From positions 1 through 64,000 of the IMG/VR virus record IMGVR_UViG_3300033182_000674: a DNA stretch of 64,000 bases; one strand, written 5' to 3'. The notes below the pieces were generated by a model. That model was not told the DNA's origin and did not search any database. It saw only the letters and a program-made list of their open reading frames with translations. Position 1 is the first letter of the stretch. The number at the start of each line of letters is the position of its first letter. Shown here piece after piece: positions 9,968 to 19,817 of this stretch. Both the position numbers and the translations under genes were made by a program.

Positions 9968-11044
9968 TTATCCGATAACTATATTTTGATTTGCTGCTAA
10001 TGTAAATGGATCATATGTCCAAAGTGAAGAATTTGTTACAATATGTCCTGGTTGTACATCAGCACTCGATCCATCAGATCTACATAAATAATATGTTCCT
10101 GCTGTTGCGGTATAAGATGAAATATATATTCCATCAAACCAATAATAAACTTCACCTGTTGCAGTATTAAATAACATTGATTGTGTTCTGCCACCAATGT
10201 TATCCCATTCTTTTATGTGATCAGCAGCTGATCCTAAATGGTTAGGCGATAAATATGTGCTTGTTAAACCAAACCCTAAAGTTCCCCAAGGACCAGAACT
10301 CGTTGGTTGAAACTCTACATAGTACCATGCTGGATCACCACTTCCCATTGTATAACCAACACTACTGAACCCTAATGTTCCTAATTGTGGTGTTTGTGTT
10401 ACAGTATAACCATAACTACTAAAAGAACCAGCCCAAGAACTACTAAGAGCAAAATTAGTAGTTGTAGATCCAAGATCAATTGGTATTAATTCTGGACCAG
10501 TTATATAACTAATTTCAAATGATGAAGTCGTTGATATTAAGTTAACTCCATCTGTTGCTTTAAAGATTATATCAAATGTACCGCCTTGTGAATCATATCC
10601 AGCAGCAATAATATCATTTAATGATTTTGTAGTAATTGTCATTAATGATGAATCTTGTGTAATATCAACAAAAGATTGTGCAGAATCAGAAGCAGTATAA
10701 CTATATGTAACAGGTAAACTTTCTGGATCAAAAGCAGAAAATGATATTGTTAATGGATTACCACCATTTGAATCTAAAATATAACTTTCATTTGGCGCGC
10801 TATCCCAACTTGGTGGATCATTAATTACAGCAATACTATACCAACCTTGGCCAGTCCACATAAATAAACGACTTGTTTCTTCAACAAATGCTTTTGCACC
10901 AACTGCATTATTAGCTGCAGGCAAACTCGCAGCATTAGAATATGATTTAGTACCTAATGGAAAATCAGCTACTAAATCATCTGCTGATATAGTAGTTTCA
11001 GTTCCTAATAAATTAGCTAGATTTCTGGCATTTGATTGAGCCAT
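9968..11044 (-). CDS. Array A paralog 3: N-module plus unrelated beta-rich C-terminal domain
   Basis: N-module recognisable; C-terminal ~175 aa lacks propeller repeats (WYYVEF..GTLGFGLT, possibly SPRY/ConA-like). Confidence 0.75.
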   Translation of the reverse strand: MAQSNARNLANLLGTETTISADDLVADFPLGTKSYSNAASLPAANNAVGAKAFVEETSRLFMWTGQGWYSIAVINDPPSWDSAPNESYILDSNGGNPLTISFSAFDPESLPVTYSYTASDSAQSFVDITQDSSLMTITTKSLNDIIAAGYDSQGGTFDIIFKATDGVNLISTTSSFEISYITGPELIPIDLGSTTTNFALSSSWAGSFSSYGYTVTQTPQLGTLGFSSVGYTMGSGDPAWYYVEFQPTSSGPWGTLGFGLTSTYLSPNHLGSAADHIKEWDNIGGRTQSMLFNTATGEVYYWFDGIYISSYTATAGTYYLCRSDGSSADVQPGHIVTNSSLWTYDPFTLAANQNIVIG

Positions 11045-11054
11045 TTATTATTCC

Positions 11055-12518
11055 TTAGTATTGTTGTCCAGATGCATTAAATCTTTTAACTGTTAAATCG
11101 CCAATACTTGTTGCACTAGCATCTGCCGCAAATGGATATTTGTCAATTGTAGTTCTACCAAATGGCGCCAAACCATATCCGCCATCGATAGGGAAGAAAT
11201 ATAAACCGCCAGAAGAATATCCATAACCATCAGAAGATTGGCCAGCACCAAGTTGTCTATTTTGTGTTAATGTACCAACAGATGTTGCAGTACCACCCGA
11301 CGCAAATGGGAATTTATCAATTACATTTGTTGCCCCAGCGTTTGAACCACCAGCAATATAACCATGTGTAGCAGATGAACTTGTAGCAAGGCCTTGTCTA
11401 GCAACTGATAAAGTGGCTGCTGAAGATGCATTAGTATCTGATGCAAATGGGAACTTATCAATCGTATCAAAGTATGTAGTACCAGGACTAGTACCACCAC
11501 TTGAAAAGCCTTCTTCGGCAGATGAATGACCATCAAGGTTTTGTCTTGCTATAGAAAGGTCTGCAGTATAAGATGAATTTCCATCAACAGCAAATGGGAA
11601 TTTATCAATTCTAGAAGTTACGCCTGGAGTCCAACCACCAGCAGCATAGCCATTTTCTGTTGAACTGTGACCAGCTATATTTTGTCTTGCATCTGTTAAA
11701 CTACCAATTTGAGATGCATTACCATCACTAGAAAAAGCAAACTTATCCATTACCGCACTCCATGATGGAGTTACACCACCGGTATCATATCCGTTTTCTG
11801 CAGAAGATTGACCAGCACCACCTTGTCTTACTTGCGTAAGATTACCAACATCAGTTGCGTTTGCATCGGATGCAAATGGAAACTTGTCGATAACATTGAA
11901 AGTTGCATCTACTGGATTTTCATCATAGCCGCCAGATGTATATCCATAGTTTGTTCCACCAAAACCAGCGATTTTAAATGAAATAGAAAATTCAGACAAA
12001 GCGGTTGCTAGATTAACACCATCAGATGCTCTGAAAGTAACATCAAAAGTACCACCAGATGAATCATAACCTGCATTTAATATATCAGTAAGGGACTTAG
12101 CGGTAATAGTGAATGTTCCGTTCGAATCATTTGTAATAGTAGCGAGGTCGTTGCCCGAATCTGCAATCGAATAAGTCCATTGAACTGCTAGTCCATCTGG
12201 ATCTGTTGCTGCGAGTGTAATAGTAGTTGCAGTTCCACCAATAGAATCCAGTTCGTATGCAGCTTCTGGTAAACCACCAGAATCCCAAGTAGGTGTTTGA
12301 TTAATCAATGCAATATTATACCAACCTTGACCTGTCCAAATGTATAAACGATTTGTCTCTGTTACAAATACTTGATCACCTACACTTGCTGTTCCTGGTA
12401 AAGATGCTGCTGTTGCATATTCTTCGGTACCTAATGGAATATCTGATGATAAACTTTCAGCTGGTATAGTAGCACTAGGACCTAAAAGTTTTGCTAAATT
12501 AACTGCGTTTGTTGTCAT
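11055..12518 (-). CDS. Array A paralog 2: N-module plus six-repeat propeller
   Basis: Six DK(F/Y).F repeats; ends GQQY. Confidence 0.85.
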   Translation of the reverse strand: MTTNAVNLAKLLGPSATIPAESLSSDIPLGTEEYATAASLPGTASVGDQVFVTETNRLYIWTGQGWYNIALINQTPTWDSGGLPEAAYELDSIGGTATTITLAATDPDGLAVQWTYSIADSGNDLATITNDSNGTFTITAKSLTDILNAGYDSSGGTFDVTFRASDGVNLATALSEFSISFKIAGFGGTNYGYTSGGYDENPVDATFNVIDKFPFASDANATDVGNLTQVRQGGAGQSSAENGYDTGGVTPSWSAVMDKFAFSSDGNASQIGSLTDARQNIAGHSSTENGYAAGGWTPGVTSRIDKFPFAVDGNSSYTADLSIARQNLDGHSSAEEGFSSGGTSPGTTYFDTIDKFPFASDTNASSAATLSVARQGLATSSSATHGYIAGGSNAGATNVIDKFPFASGGTATSVGTLTQNRQLGAGQSSDGYGYSSGGLYFFPIDGGYGLAPFGRTTIDKYPFAADASATSIGDLTVKRFNASGQQY

Positions 12519-12528
12519 TTCTTATTCC

Positions 12529-13965
12529 TTAGTGTTGTTGTCCTGCTGCACCATGTCTAGCAACGGTTATATCGCCGACGTCAGTCGCATTACCGTCTGC
12601 TGCAAATGGGAACTTATCAATTACATTAGAAACTCCTGGTAAAAAACCACCAGAAGCATATCCATAATCAGTAGATGATTGTCCGACAGCCCATAATCTA
12701 GCAACTGTTAGATTACCAACGTCTGTTGCATTAGCGTCAGTTGCGAATGGAAACTTGTCGATTACATTTGTTGGACCTGGAAATCCACCAGAAGCGTATC
12801 CATATTCAGAAGATGATTGACCTGCTAGAGCATTTTTAACACCAGTTAGATCACCAACATCTGTTGCGTTGCCATCAGATGTAAATGAGAACTTGTCGAT
12901 AACATTCGAATATGCAGTTCCATAACCGCCTGCAGAATATCCGTTTTCAGATGATGATTGTCCTGTTACTCTATATCTAGCAACGGTTAGATCTCCGATA
13001 TCTGTTGCGTTAGTGTCTGTTGCGAACGGGAACTTGTCGATGACGTTGGATGGACCTCCACCACCAGAAGCATACCCATAGTCAGAAGAAGATTGTCCTG
13101 CAGGTGTGTTATTCCTAGCAACGGTTAGATCACCAACATCTGTTGCATTAGCATCGGTTGCGAATGGAAACTTGTCGATAACGTCTGATATTCCTGCATC
13201 ATAACCAGCAGAAGTATATCCAGATTCAGATGATGATTGTCCTGCTGCAGAATATCTAGCACTCGTTAAATCACCAACATCTGTTGCGTTGCCATCAGAT
13301 GTAAATGAGAATTTATCAATTACATTTACAACAGCAGGATCTTGGCCACCAGTAGCATATCCATAGTTAGAACCTTGGAAAGAATACGGTAAAGCAAATG
13401 CTATTGTAAATTCAGATATGGCTGTAGCGATATTGATATCATCGGTTGCTTTAAAGGTAACATCAAATACACCACCATTAGAATCATAACCTGCTGCAAT
13501 AATATCTGCAAGGGATTTTGCAGTAATAGTGAATGTACCATTTGAATCATTAGTAATAGTCGCAAGGTCATTTGCAGAATCTGTAACAGAATATGTCCAC
13601 TTAATAGGTAAACCTTCAGGATCTGTTGCAGATAATTGAATTACTGTAGCAGTACCGCCAATTGAATCTAGTTCGTATGCAGCTTCTGGTAAACCGCCAG
13701 AATCCCACGTTGGGCTTTCATTAACAATTGCAATATTATACCAGCCTGCGCCAGTCCAAATGTATAAACGATTTGTTGCTTGAACAAATGCTTGATCACC
13801 AATTTGATTTCCTGATGCGGGTAAATCATTAGCAGTTGAATAATCTTCAGTACCTAATGGAATATCTGCTGATAATTGAGATGCATCGATTGTACCAATG
13901 GATGAACTGGTGACCGTACCATCGTTATTAATGAGTTTACCTAATAATAGACTTTTTGTTGGCAT
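12529..13965 (-). CDS. Array A paralog 1: N-module plus six-repeat kelch-like propeller
   Basis: Six highly regular VIDKF(P/S)F..D.NATD(V/I)G(D/N)(L/I)T repeats; ends GQQH. Confidence 0.88.
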   Translation of the reverse strand: MPTKSLLLGKLINNDGTVTSSSIGTIDASQLSADIPLGTEDYSTANDLPASGNQIGDQAFVQATNRLYIWTGAGWYNIAIVNESPTWDSGGLPEAAYELDSIGGTATVIQLSATDPEGLPIKWTYSVTDSANDLATITNDSNGTFTITAKSLADIIAAGYDSNGGVFDVTFKATDDINIATAISEFTIAFALPYSFQGSNYGYATGGQDPAVVNVIDKFSFTSDGNATDVGDLTSARYSAAGQSSSESGYTSAGYDAGISDVIDKFPFATDANATDVGDLTVARNNTPAGQSSSDYGYASGGGGPSNVIDKFPFATDTNATDIGDLTVARYRVTGQSSSENGYSAGGYGTAYSNVIDKFSFTSDGNATDVGDLTGVKNALAGQSSSEYGYASGGFPGPTNVIDKFPFATDANATDVGNLTVARLWAVGQSSTDYGYASGGFLPGVSNVIDKFPFAADGNATDVGDITVARHGAAGQQH

Positions 13966-13999
13966 TTAAAATAGCTCCGAACATTTTTCGATATAAAGC

Positions 14000-14007
14000 T
14001 ATTTATA
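14000..14007 (-). promoter_or_regulatory. Late promoter upstream of array A
   Basis: TATAAATA ~35 nt upstream of the 13965 start codon. Confidence 0.8.
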
Positions 14008-14013
14008 TATTTT

Positions 14014-14217
14014 TCACCAACTACCGTCGTCGAATACAAACAATACTCTTAGAAACAAGAGTTGAAAATCTAATTTGTACATATTAGGATTTAAATCATC
14101 TGGTTTTATAACTTCCCAATCAAAACGCCAATGGAAAGGATTAACAATTATATGGATCCATATACCAGAATAATATATCCATTTAAAAATTTTATTCACT
14201 AATGATTCTTGGTTCAT
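14014..14217 (-). CDS. Hypothetical protein (67 aa)
   Basis: YSGIWI.I.VNPFHW..W motif; aromatic-rich. Confidence 0.55.
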   Translation of the reverse strand: MNQESLVNKIFKWIYYSGIWIHIIVNPFHWRFDWEVIKPDDLNPNMYKLDFQLLFLRVLFVFDDGSW

Positions 14218-14328
14218 TTAATAATTTTCCAAAAGTTAAGAAGTAACCTTTTGCTTGTAAATAGTTATCAGCACGCGTAGTTAATACTGTTGGTATTCCC
14301 TTTAGATCAACTTTGCATTCCCACAATT

Positions 14329-14706
14329 TCATGTTATTAACCAATCATCTTCATTTTGTAATACAACAGTTTCCATACCATCAAATTCAGAAATACGAAA
14401 AAGAGTTCCAATTGGAATCCATTTAATTTCAAGTTCTTCAGCACCACCAAGATATTTAAATTCTTTATTAGGGTAATCTTTTAAATAATCTTCAATATTA
14501 TCTAACCAATCCATAAATGAATTATTTGTGGTACTTTTCTTTAGTTCTTCAAGCATATAAATTAAGCTTGGATCATATAGTAACTCTTCTACTTTATGCC
14601 ATGAATACCACCCATAACCATAAGTAGGTTTGTAAATAACACCAACTTTACCATCACGAATTTCTTTTTTCATTTTACTGCTCTCAGTGCCGGAAACCAT
14701 TGCCAT
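14329..14706 (-). CDS. Conserved phage hypothetical protein
   Basis: KVGVIYKP.YG.GWYSW...LLYDP...W.P.GT.FRI.EFDG.E motif; start probably MKKEIRDG. Confidence 0.7.
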   Translation of the reverse strand: MAMVSGTESSKMKKEIRDGKVGVIYKPTYGYGWYSWHKVEELLYDPSLIYMLEELKKSTTNNSFMDWLDNIEDYLKDYPNKEFKYLGGAEELEIKWIPIGTLFRISEFDGMETVVLQNEDDWLIT

Positions 14707-14891
14707 TCTTCATCACCTTGTAATTCATGAGGATATGCAAATCGCATAACCATTTTTTTATCATCCCATATTTCCATACAATCAATAGGACGCATCCATT
14801 CACGAAACTCTAATCCTAATTCCATCAATGGAATCATATCTCCACTATGACCATATAAATTATTATTGATTCTTAGATAATACATTTTCAA
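14670..14891 (-). CDS. Hypothetical protein (73 aa)
   Basis: ORF in operon overlapping its neighbours. Confidence 0.5.
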   Translation of the reverse strand: MKMYYLRINNNLYGHSGDMIPLMELGLEFREWMRPIDCMEIWDDKKMVMRFAYPHELQGDEEWQWFPALRAVK

Positions 14892-15213
14892 GTTCCATTA
14901 TACGTTTCTTTAATGTATATATTTCAGCTTCTTGCTTGCGTATAATATTTACAAGATCATGCTTTTCTTGTTGTTCCATATTTGCACGTCTACCGTTTTT
15001 CCAATTACCACAAGTCGCTTTAACAGCATCAAGATATTCTATTTGTTTATCTGTTGTAGCATCTTCCCATTGCTTTGGATAAAGTATTTTAATCTCATCA
15101 CAATCAACCATACCCGCATCATCTAAATGCAAGTTACCATTACGAATATGTTGCTTAAGCTCTTTAGGTTTTAATCCTAAAAGTTTAGCGACTTTGTGAA
15201 GATATAGAACCAT
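14863..15213 (-). CDS. Putative HTH DNA-binding protein with C-terminal coiled coil
   Basis: LHKVAKLLGLKPKELKQHIRNGNL resembles excisionase/MerR-type HTH; GGAAG RBS before MVLYL. Confidence 0.55.
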   Translation of the reverse strand: MVLYLHKVAKLLGLKPKELKQHIRNGNLHLDDAGMVDCDEIKILYPKQWEDATTDKQIEYLDAVKATCGNWKNGRRANMEQQEKHDLVNIIRKQEAEIYTLKKRIMELENVLSKNQ

Positions 15214-15696
15214 TGTTCTTCCTGTGTGTAGGTGGACGGAAGTGTTTATCGTAACGTTGTAAATGTAAGCAACTAGTTTGTTCAAATGAAAGAGCATATT
15301 GTTCTTGATAAACTTCACACGACTCACGTGTTGGTAATTCCATAATAGGAATCATTCCTCCATGAGTGCTAATGAATAATACAAATACATCAATCATTGG
15401 TATGACCTTTAAACAATTTATGTTCACCAGGCGGAGCAAACTCATCCATCGTACAAATTGCATCTTCCTTACGTCTGAAATACATGCAAACACCAAGTGG
15501 AGTACAAATATACCACATATTTACTTTTTCATCATATTTAATATCTGACTCTTTCATTTTGTTACTGCCATAAACAAACCAATATTAGAGAAAGCATAAC
15601 CAAGATAAGCTAATCCCATGCCGGTATTACCTTTTATAAACTGATCAACGAACACATAGGTATAGATAACACCTGTTACTGCAATTAAATGTCCAC

Positions 15697-15933
15697 TCAT
15701 GCTATAAACCACCTATAAATTCCCCATAAATCTATAAAGATAAAGAAGAAGTTTTGTATAAACATTGGTACATCTTTATGTTTTATAAACAAATAAGATA
15801 ATGCGATATGACCACTCAAGAATATAAAGAAACCATATCGACTAATTTCAATATTAGAAGATAGTAATAGTGCTGCAGTTAAAAAACATGCAGTACCAAA
15901 CCATTTTAAAAATTCTATTCTTTTTTCACTCAT
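15697..15933 (-). CDS. Small multi-pass membrane protein
   Basis: Three hydrophobic segments; KWFGT..FL..A.LL and QN.FF..ID.WGIYRW pattern. Confidence 0.65.
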   Translation of the reverse strand: MSEKRIEFLKWFGTACFLTAALLLSSNIEISRYGFFIFLSGHIALSYLFIKHKDVPMFIQNFFFIFIDLWGIYRWFIA

Positions 15934-16385
15934 TTATAAAACTTCACAGTGCGTGATTGACCTTGATCATCAGTAAATGTAATTGTTGAATGACTATACA
16001 CTCGTTCTTCTCGACGAGAATGTCGTGTTACTTCTGAGCAAGTTTCTTCTTGACGATAACCAACTACACCACCTTCACGTTTAGCACCTTGTCTAGCACC
16101 AATGATAGCGCCTAATGCGGTCATTGCATCTTTACCACTACCACTACCAAATTGATGTCCAATAGCACCACCAATAATTGTACCTGTAATAGCACCAGCT
16201 ACATCATCATTTCGAGTTTGACCATAAATTGGAACCTCTACCGTTCGACATTCATGATGTGTTTGTGGTACTAATGTGGTTACCATTTTATAATGATCAG
16301 TTACATAACCATTCGCGACAGCGCCTTCTGCATTAGCTAATCCAGAAGTTAATGCCAATGCCATTACAATACTAATCTTTTTCAT
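15930..16385 (-). CDS. Glycine-zipper 2TM (YcfJ-like) envelope protein
   Basis: Signal peptide; GAITGTIIGGAIGHQFGSGSGKDAMTALGAIIGA glycine zipper; C...EVPIY and C.EV Cys pair. Confidence 0.85.
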   Translation of the reverse strand: MKKISIVMALALTSGLANAEGAVANGYVTDHYKMVTTLVPQTHHECRTVEVPIYGQTRNDDVAGAITGTIIGGAIGHQFGSGSGKDAMTALGAIIGARQGAKREGGVVGYRQEETCSEVTRHSRREERVYSHSTITFTDDQGQSRTVKFYK

Positions 16386-17007
16386 TAATCTTCTCTCTCA
16401 TTTTTTGCATTTTAACATATGATTCATACCATTCAGATGGAGTCATCATTTCAGTTTTACGATATCCCATCTTTAATCCAACTTCACGATATGATTTCTT
16501 TAATATCTTAGCAGCTTTAGTGCCAAGGAATCGTGATACTAGTTTAATATGAGTTAGTCTAAATGGTAAACCATGATGAGCATTACCAGCTGAATGAGCC
16601 AACTCATGAAGCAGTGTATCCATTTTAAGACCATACCTAGGACACAACTGAATCTTGTTATGCCATGCTAGTCCAGCAGTGCCGCTTCTATAACCCATAT
16701 CTTTCTTTTCTAAGATTTCAACTTCATGACCAGCAATGTCTTTCCAAAGTTTAGATTTAAGAATACGTTTAGTTACCTTACGTGCTTCTTTATAATCCTC
16801 AAACTTTAGAATCTTAATGCCTTCTTCAATCCATTTAGAACGAGCAATACGTTCAGCTTTATAAACCTTGCTTTGTTCTGAATCTTTAAAAGCAGTTCGA
16901 CCTTTACGACGTTGCTTCATAGTATGCTTATGACAATAGTCAGCATACTTATTCGCTAACTCAGTTGAACCAAGAATGTCAGCCCATTTGTCAAATTCAT
17001 ACAACAT
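16372..17007 (-). CDS. Putative zincin metallopeptidase
   Basis: TLLHELAH followed by HG..F motif. Confidence 0.65.
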   Translation of the reverse strand: MLYEFDKWADILGSTELANKYADYCHKHTMKQRRKGRTAFKDSEQSKVYKAERIARSKWIEEGIKILKFEDYKEARKVTKRILKSKLWKDIAGHEVEILEKKDMGYRSGTAGLAWHNKIQLCPRYGLKMDTLLHELAHSAGNAHHGLPFRLTHIKLVSRFLGTKAAKILKKSYREVGLKMGYRKTEMMTPSEWYESYVKMQKMREKINEKD

Positions 17008-17008
17008 G

Positions 17009-17287
17009 TTAAGCAGCTTTAAGAAGTGAAGCAGTTACATTCCATGTGCCATCGAATTCAGTAATAACAACGATGTTTTTAGGATTGACCTTTTTAATAA
17101 TACCTGACATTTTGCCATTCTTACCAGTCCATTTGACTTTATCACCAACTGAAAATTTAGCAGCAGCTTTACGTGAATTCATTTTAGTTTGATAATTGAA
17201 TTGATCAGCAATCAAATTCATATCTGATGCTGATGCTTTAGCGAAAAGATCTGCAATGGTTTTTAATTCGTTTGAAGTAAGACTCAT
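17009..17287 (-). CDS. Small protein with SH3/KOW-like C-terminus
   Basis: FSVGDKVKW.GKNG...G.IKKVN.K.IVV..WNV; first gene after promoter cassette 2. Confidence 0.65.
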   Translation of the reverse strand: MSLTSNELKTIADLFAKASASDMNLIADQFNYQTKMNSRKAAAKFSVGDKVKWTGKNGKMSGIIKKVNPKNIVVITEFDGTWNVTASLLKAA

Positions 17288-17289
17288 AG

Positions 17290-17417
17290 TTTCTATCCTT
17301 TTTCCAATTTATGGTTATATTCTACCATGATTCTTCTCAAATGTACACCTTTTTGTGAAAAAAGTTTTTCCTTTAAAATCAATGGCTTAGGAGATAGTGT
17401 GACGTAAGCCATTGATT
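17290..17417 (-). repeat. Promoter/stem-loop cassette copy 2 (PeSL-like)
   Basis: IR arms 17377-17389 and 17405-17417; TGTACA-17-TAGAAT; leader CCATAAATTGGAAAAAGGATAGAAA with SD. Confidence 0.9.
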
Positions 17418-17477
17418 CTATTAACTATTTTATTTTTTAATAGGGGTATAAATCTTAATTAATTTCTTTAATAATGG

Positions 17478-17687
17478 TCAAATATTCCATTCTTTTTGCT
17501 CATCAATAGCTATCCGAGCACATTGGATATAATCTTTGTCTTCTTCTGACATGACACTCCAGAATTTAGTGACGCTATCAATAACTTCATTGACTACTTC
17601 TGGATTCTTTAAGTGATAGTTACCTTCCATCCAATGTTGTATTGCGTTCATTCGATCGTTAATTTTATCGTAAATATTTGCCATCAC
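17478..17687 (-). CDS. Conserved T4-like hypothetical protein
   Basis: WMEGNYHL..PE.V...I.SV.KFWSV.SEEDKDYIQCA. Confidence 0.65.
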   Translation of the reverse strand: MMANIYDKINDRMNAIQHWMEGNYHLKNPEVVNEVIDSVTKFWSVMSEEDKDYIQCARIAIDEQKEWNI

Positions 17688-17816
17688 TTATCTCCTTAAA
17701 TAAAGTCCAGTTACCGGATCTGGAGTGACCATATCGTTGCCACGGCTCAATGTCATCATAATAATCACGCATGATCTATCGTGTCATGTAACGCTCAGCT
17801 CTCACGGAGAGGCGAG

Positions 17817-18845
17817 TTATAGAGTATATTCATCTAGCTTTTCATTAAGTAAACGAATAGATTTTGCTCCATTTTCTGTTGGACGTCTCATTTCTTGTTC
17901 CAACGTATTTGCTAATTCGAGAATTAACATTTGATAATGTTTTTTCTCATTCCATTCTTCGCTATTATTATATATTCTAGCAAAGCGAGATTTTAAATCA
18001 CAAAATGTGTATGCTAAATCTTCAGCTTCTTCACCAATTTGTTCAATCACTTCTTCACGAGTAATATCTAATTTTCCATCAAAGAATTCAGTACCATAAA
18101 CTGAATGATATAGTGCAGCCTTTACAACTTCAGGACCAACCTGTTTACCACTTTCAGCAATCAACGCAGTACGATGTAAATGTTCAAATAGTGTAATACC
18201 TGAATGTGGAATCTCATCTGTACGGTCTTTAATCCATTTTACAAATGATTGATTATATTCAGGGCCGGCAGTTTTAAATACTAATACTGATCTAAATACT
18301 GGACACGCTCTTGTAAGACCACGTGCTGAATGCCAGATATCTGAATTGAAGATTACACCACGATTTCGTTTAGGAAAAGCTGCACCCTTAAAATTATCAT
18401 TATCATCTAAGAATGTTGTTTCACCACCCCAATCACGATCCCATTCTTCTTCATTCATATAAATCAAAATAGTTTCTGATACTGCGTCAGGACCATATTC
18501 GTCTTTAATCCAAATATCATCTTTGTGATAATAAGCATCAGTGCCATAGGTATAACCATTTACATATGCTCTTACTAATACACGATCTCCAATTACTTTT
18601 TGGATTTGATCCCAAAGCTCTTGAATTTTTGGATGTGCATTAATATAAGGAAGTTCATTATGGTCATAACCTACAACACGGCTACTCTTTAAAAGCATAT
18701 TATTCCAATGGCCATAGTCATATGTGCGGCGTGGATTTGATTTCCAGCCATATGACATACCACGACCATTTGAAATATAGAGATCTCTAATCTCGTCAAT
18801 TAATGGCTCTAAACCATCTAAATTGAATATGCCAATTTCGTCCAT
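17817..18845 (-). CDS. 2OG-Fe(II) oxygenase fused to an HD-like (DUF6817-type) domain
   Basis: YYHKD..WGGET..WHSAR...RSVLVFK oxygenase motifs, then LFEHL...ALYHSVYGTEFF. Confidence 0.75.
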   Translation of the reverse strand: MDEIGIFNLDGLEPLIDEIRDLYISNGRGMSYGWKSNPRRTYDYGHWNNMLLKSSRVVGYDHNELPYINAHPKIQELWDQIQKVIGDRVLVRAYVNGYTYGTDAYYHKDDIWIKDEYGPDAVSETILIYMNEEEWDRDWGGETTFLDDNDNFKGAAFPKRNRGVIFNSDIWHSARGLTRACPVFRSVLVFKTAGPEYNQSFVKWIKDRTDEIPHSGITLFEHLHRTALIAESGKQVGPEVVKAALYHSVYGTEFFDGKLDITREEVIEQIGEEAEDLAYTFCDLKSRFARIYNNSEEWNEKKHYQMLILELANTLEQEMRRPTENGAKSIRLLNEKLDEYTL

Positions 18846-19114
18846 TATGCTACCTCTACTAGATAACCTTCATCTGTTGTAGAGATACGAACAATCTCAC
18901 GATCATCAACTTTAGTGCCAAGAGCAATATAAGGACCGCCAGAAGGATCGAACATCCCTAAGTCGTTCAAATCCAAACCGTCTTGACCTTCTTTACCGCC
19001 TACACGACCATAGCCAAAATCTTCAATAATAAACTTATAGGTATTATCTGTTATAGCATTAAAACTATATTCTTTATTAGAACGGTTTTTATATGTTGTA
19101 TTACTTTCGTACAT
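18845..19114 (-). CDS. Conserved phage hypothetical protein
   Basis: R.G..EG...D.NDLGMFDPSGGPYIA.G motif. Confidence 0.6.
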   Translation of the reverse strand: MYESNTTYKNRSNKEYSFNAITDNTYKFIIEDFGYGRVGGKEGQDGLDLNDLGMFDPSGGPYIALGTKVDDREIVRISTTDEGYLVEVA

Positions 19115-19638
19115 TATAGACCTTCTCCACCAACAATACGATTAGCACCACAAAGCATACCATAATCACCTTTTTGAGTTGAATCAAGTACACGTAGAAC
19201 TTCTGATGCATTACGACCAACATTCAAACCATGCATTGAAACATGTTTGATTACACCATTTGGATCAACAATATAAGTTACACGATATGGAACGTTAGCT
19301 TCTTCAGAAACAATACCCATCATTGTAGCAAGCTTATTACCAGAATCTGCAACCAAAGTATGCTTAAGGTCTTTTAAATCTGGATGTGAATCGCGCCAAC
19401 CTAAATGACAGTATTCATTATCAGGAGATACACCATAAACGGTTGCATCTAATTCAGCAAACTGATCAACATGATTATCAAAGTCTACAATTTCAGTAGG
19501 ACAAACAAAAGTAAAATCTTTTGGATAGAAATAAATTACTTTCCATCCTTCAGCTTTAGCCATATCGACTTTTTCAAATTGACGATCTGCTGTCAATGCT
19601 TCTAATTCCAATTCAGGAAATGGTTTATCTAAATACAT
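19114..19638 (-). CDS. ahpC: Peroxiredoxin (AhpC/TSA family)
   Basis: FYPKDFTFVCPTEI peroxidatic motif; GRNASEVLRVLD; C-terminal LCGANR. Confidence 0.93.
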   Translation of the reverse strand: MYLDKPFPELELEALTADRQFEKVDMAKAEGWKVIYFYPKDFTFVCPTEIVDFDNHVDQFAELDATVYGVSPDNEYCHLGWRDSHPDLKDLKHTLVADSGNKLATMMGIVSEEANVPYRVTYIVDPNGVIKHVSMHGLNVGRNASEVLRVLDSTQKGDYGMLCGANRIVGGEGL

Positions 19639-19660
19639 ATATCACCTATATAAGTTAAAA

Positions 19661-19737
19661 TGGTCTCGGTGGCTGGATTCGAACCAACGACCCCGTGGTC
19701 CCAAACCACGTATTCTACCAGACTGAACTACACCGAG
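19661..19737 (-). tRNA. tRNA-Pro(TGG)
   Basis: Cloverleaf: CTCGGTG/CACCGAG acceptor, CGTGG-TTTGGGA-CCACG anticodon arm, GTTCGAATC, encoded CCA. Confidence 0.96.
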
Positions 19738-19742
19738 TAGAT

Positions 19743-19816
19743 TGGAGCGGGTAGCGAGAATCGAACTCGCAGCATCAGCTTGGAAGGCTGAGGTATTACC
19801 ATTATACGATACCCGC
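19743..19816 (-). tRNA. tRNA-Gly(TCC)
   Basis: GCGGGTA/TACCCGC acceptor, TCAGC-CTTCCAA-GCTGA, encoded CCA. Confidence 0.96.
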
Positions 19817-19817
19817 A

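Noticed and set aside
12529-13400. CRISPR-like regular DNA repeats
   Set aside because: Repeats are in-frame ~144-nt coding units with synonymous variation, not identical repeats with unique spacers.
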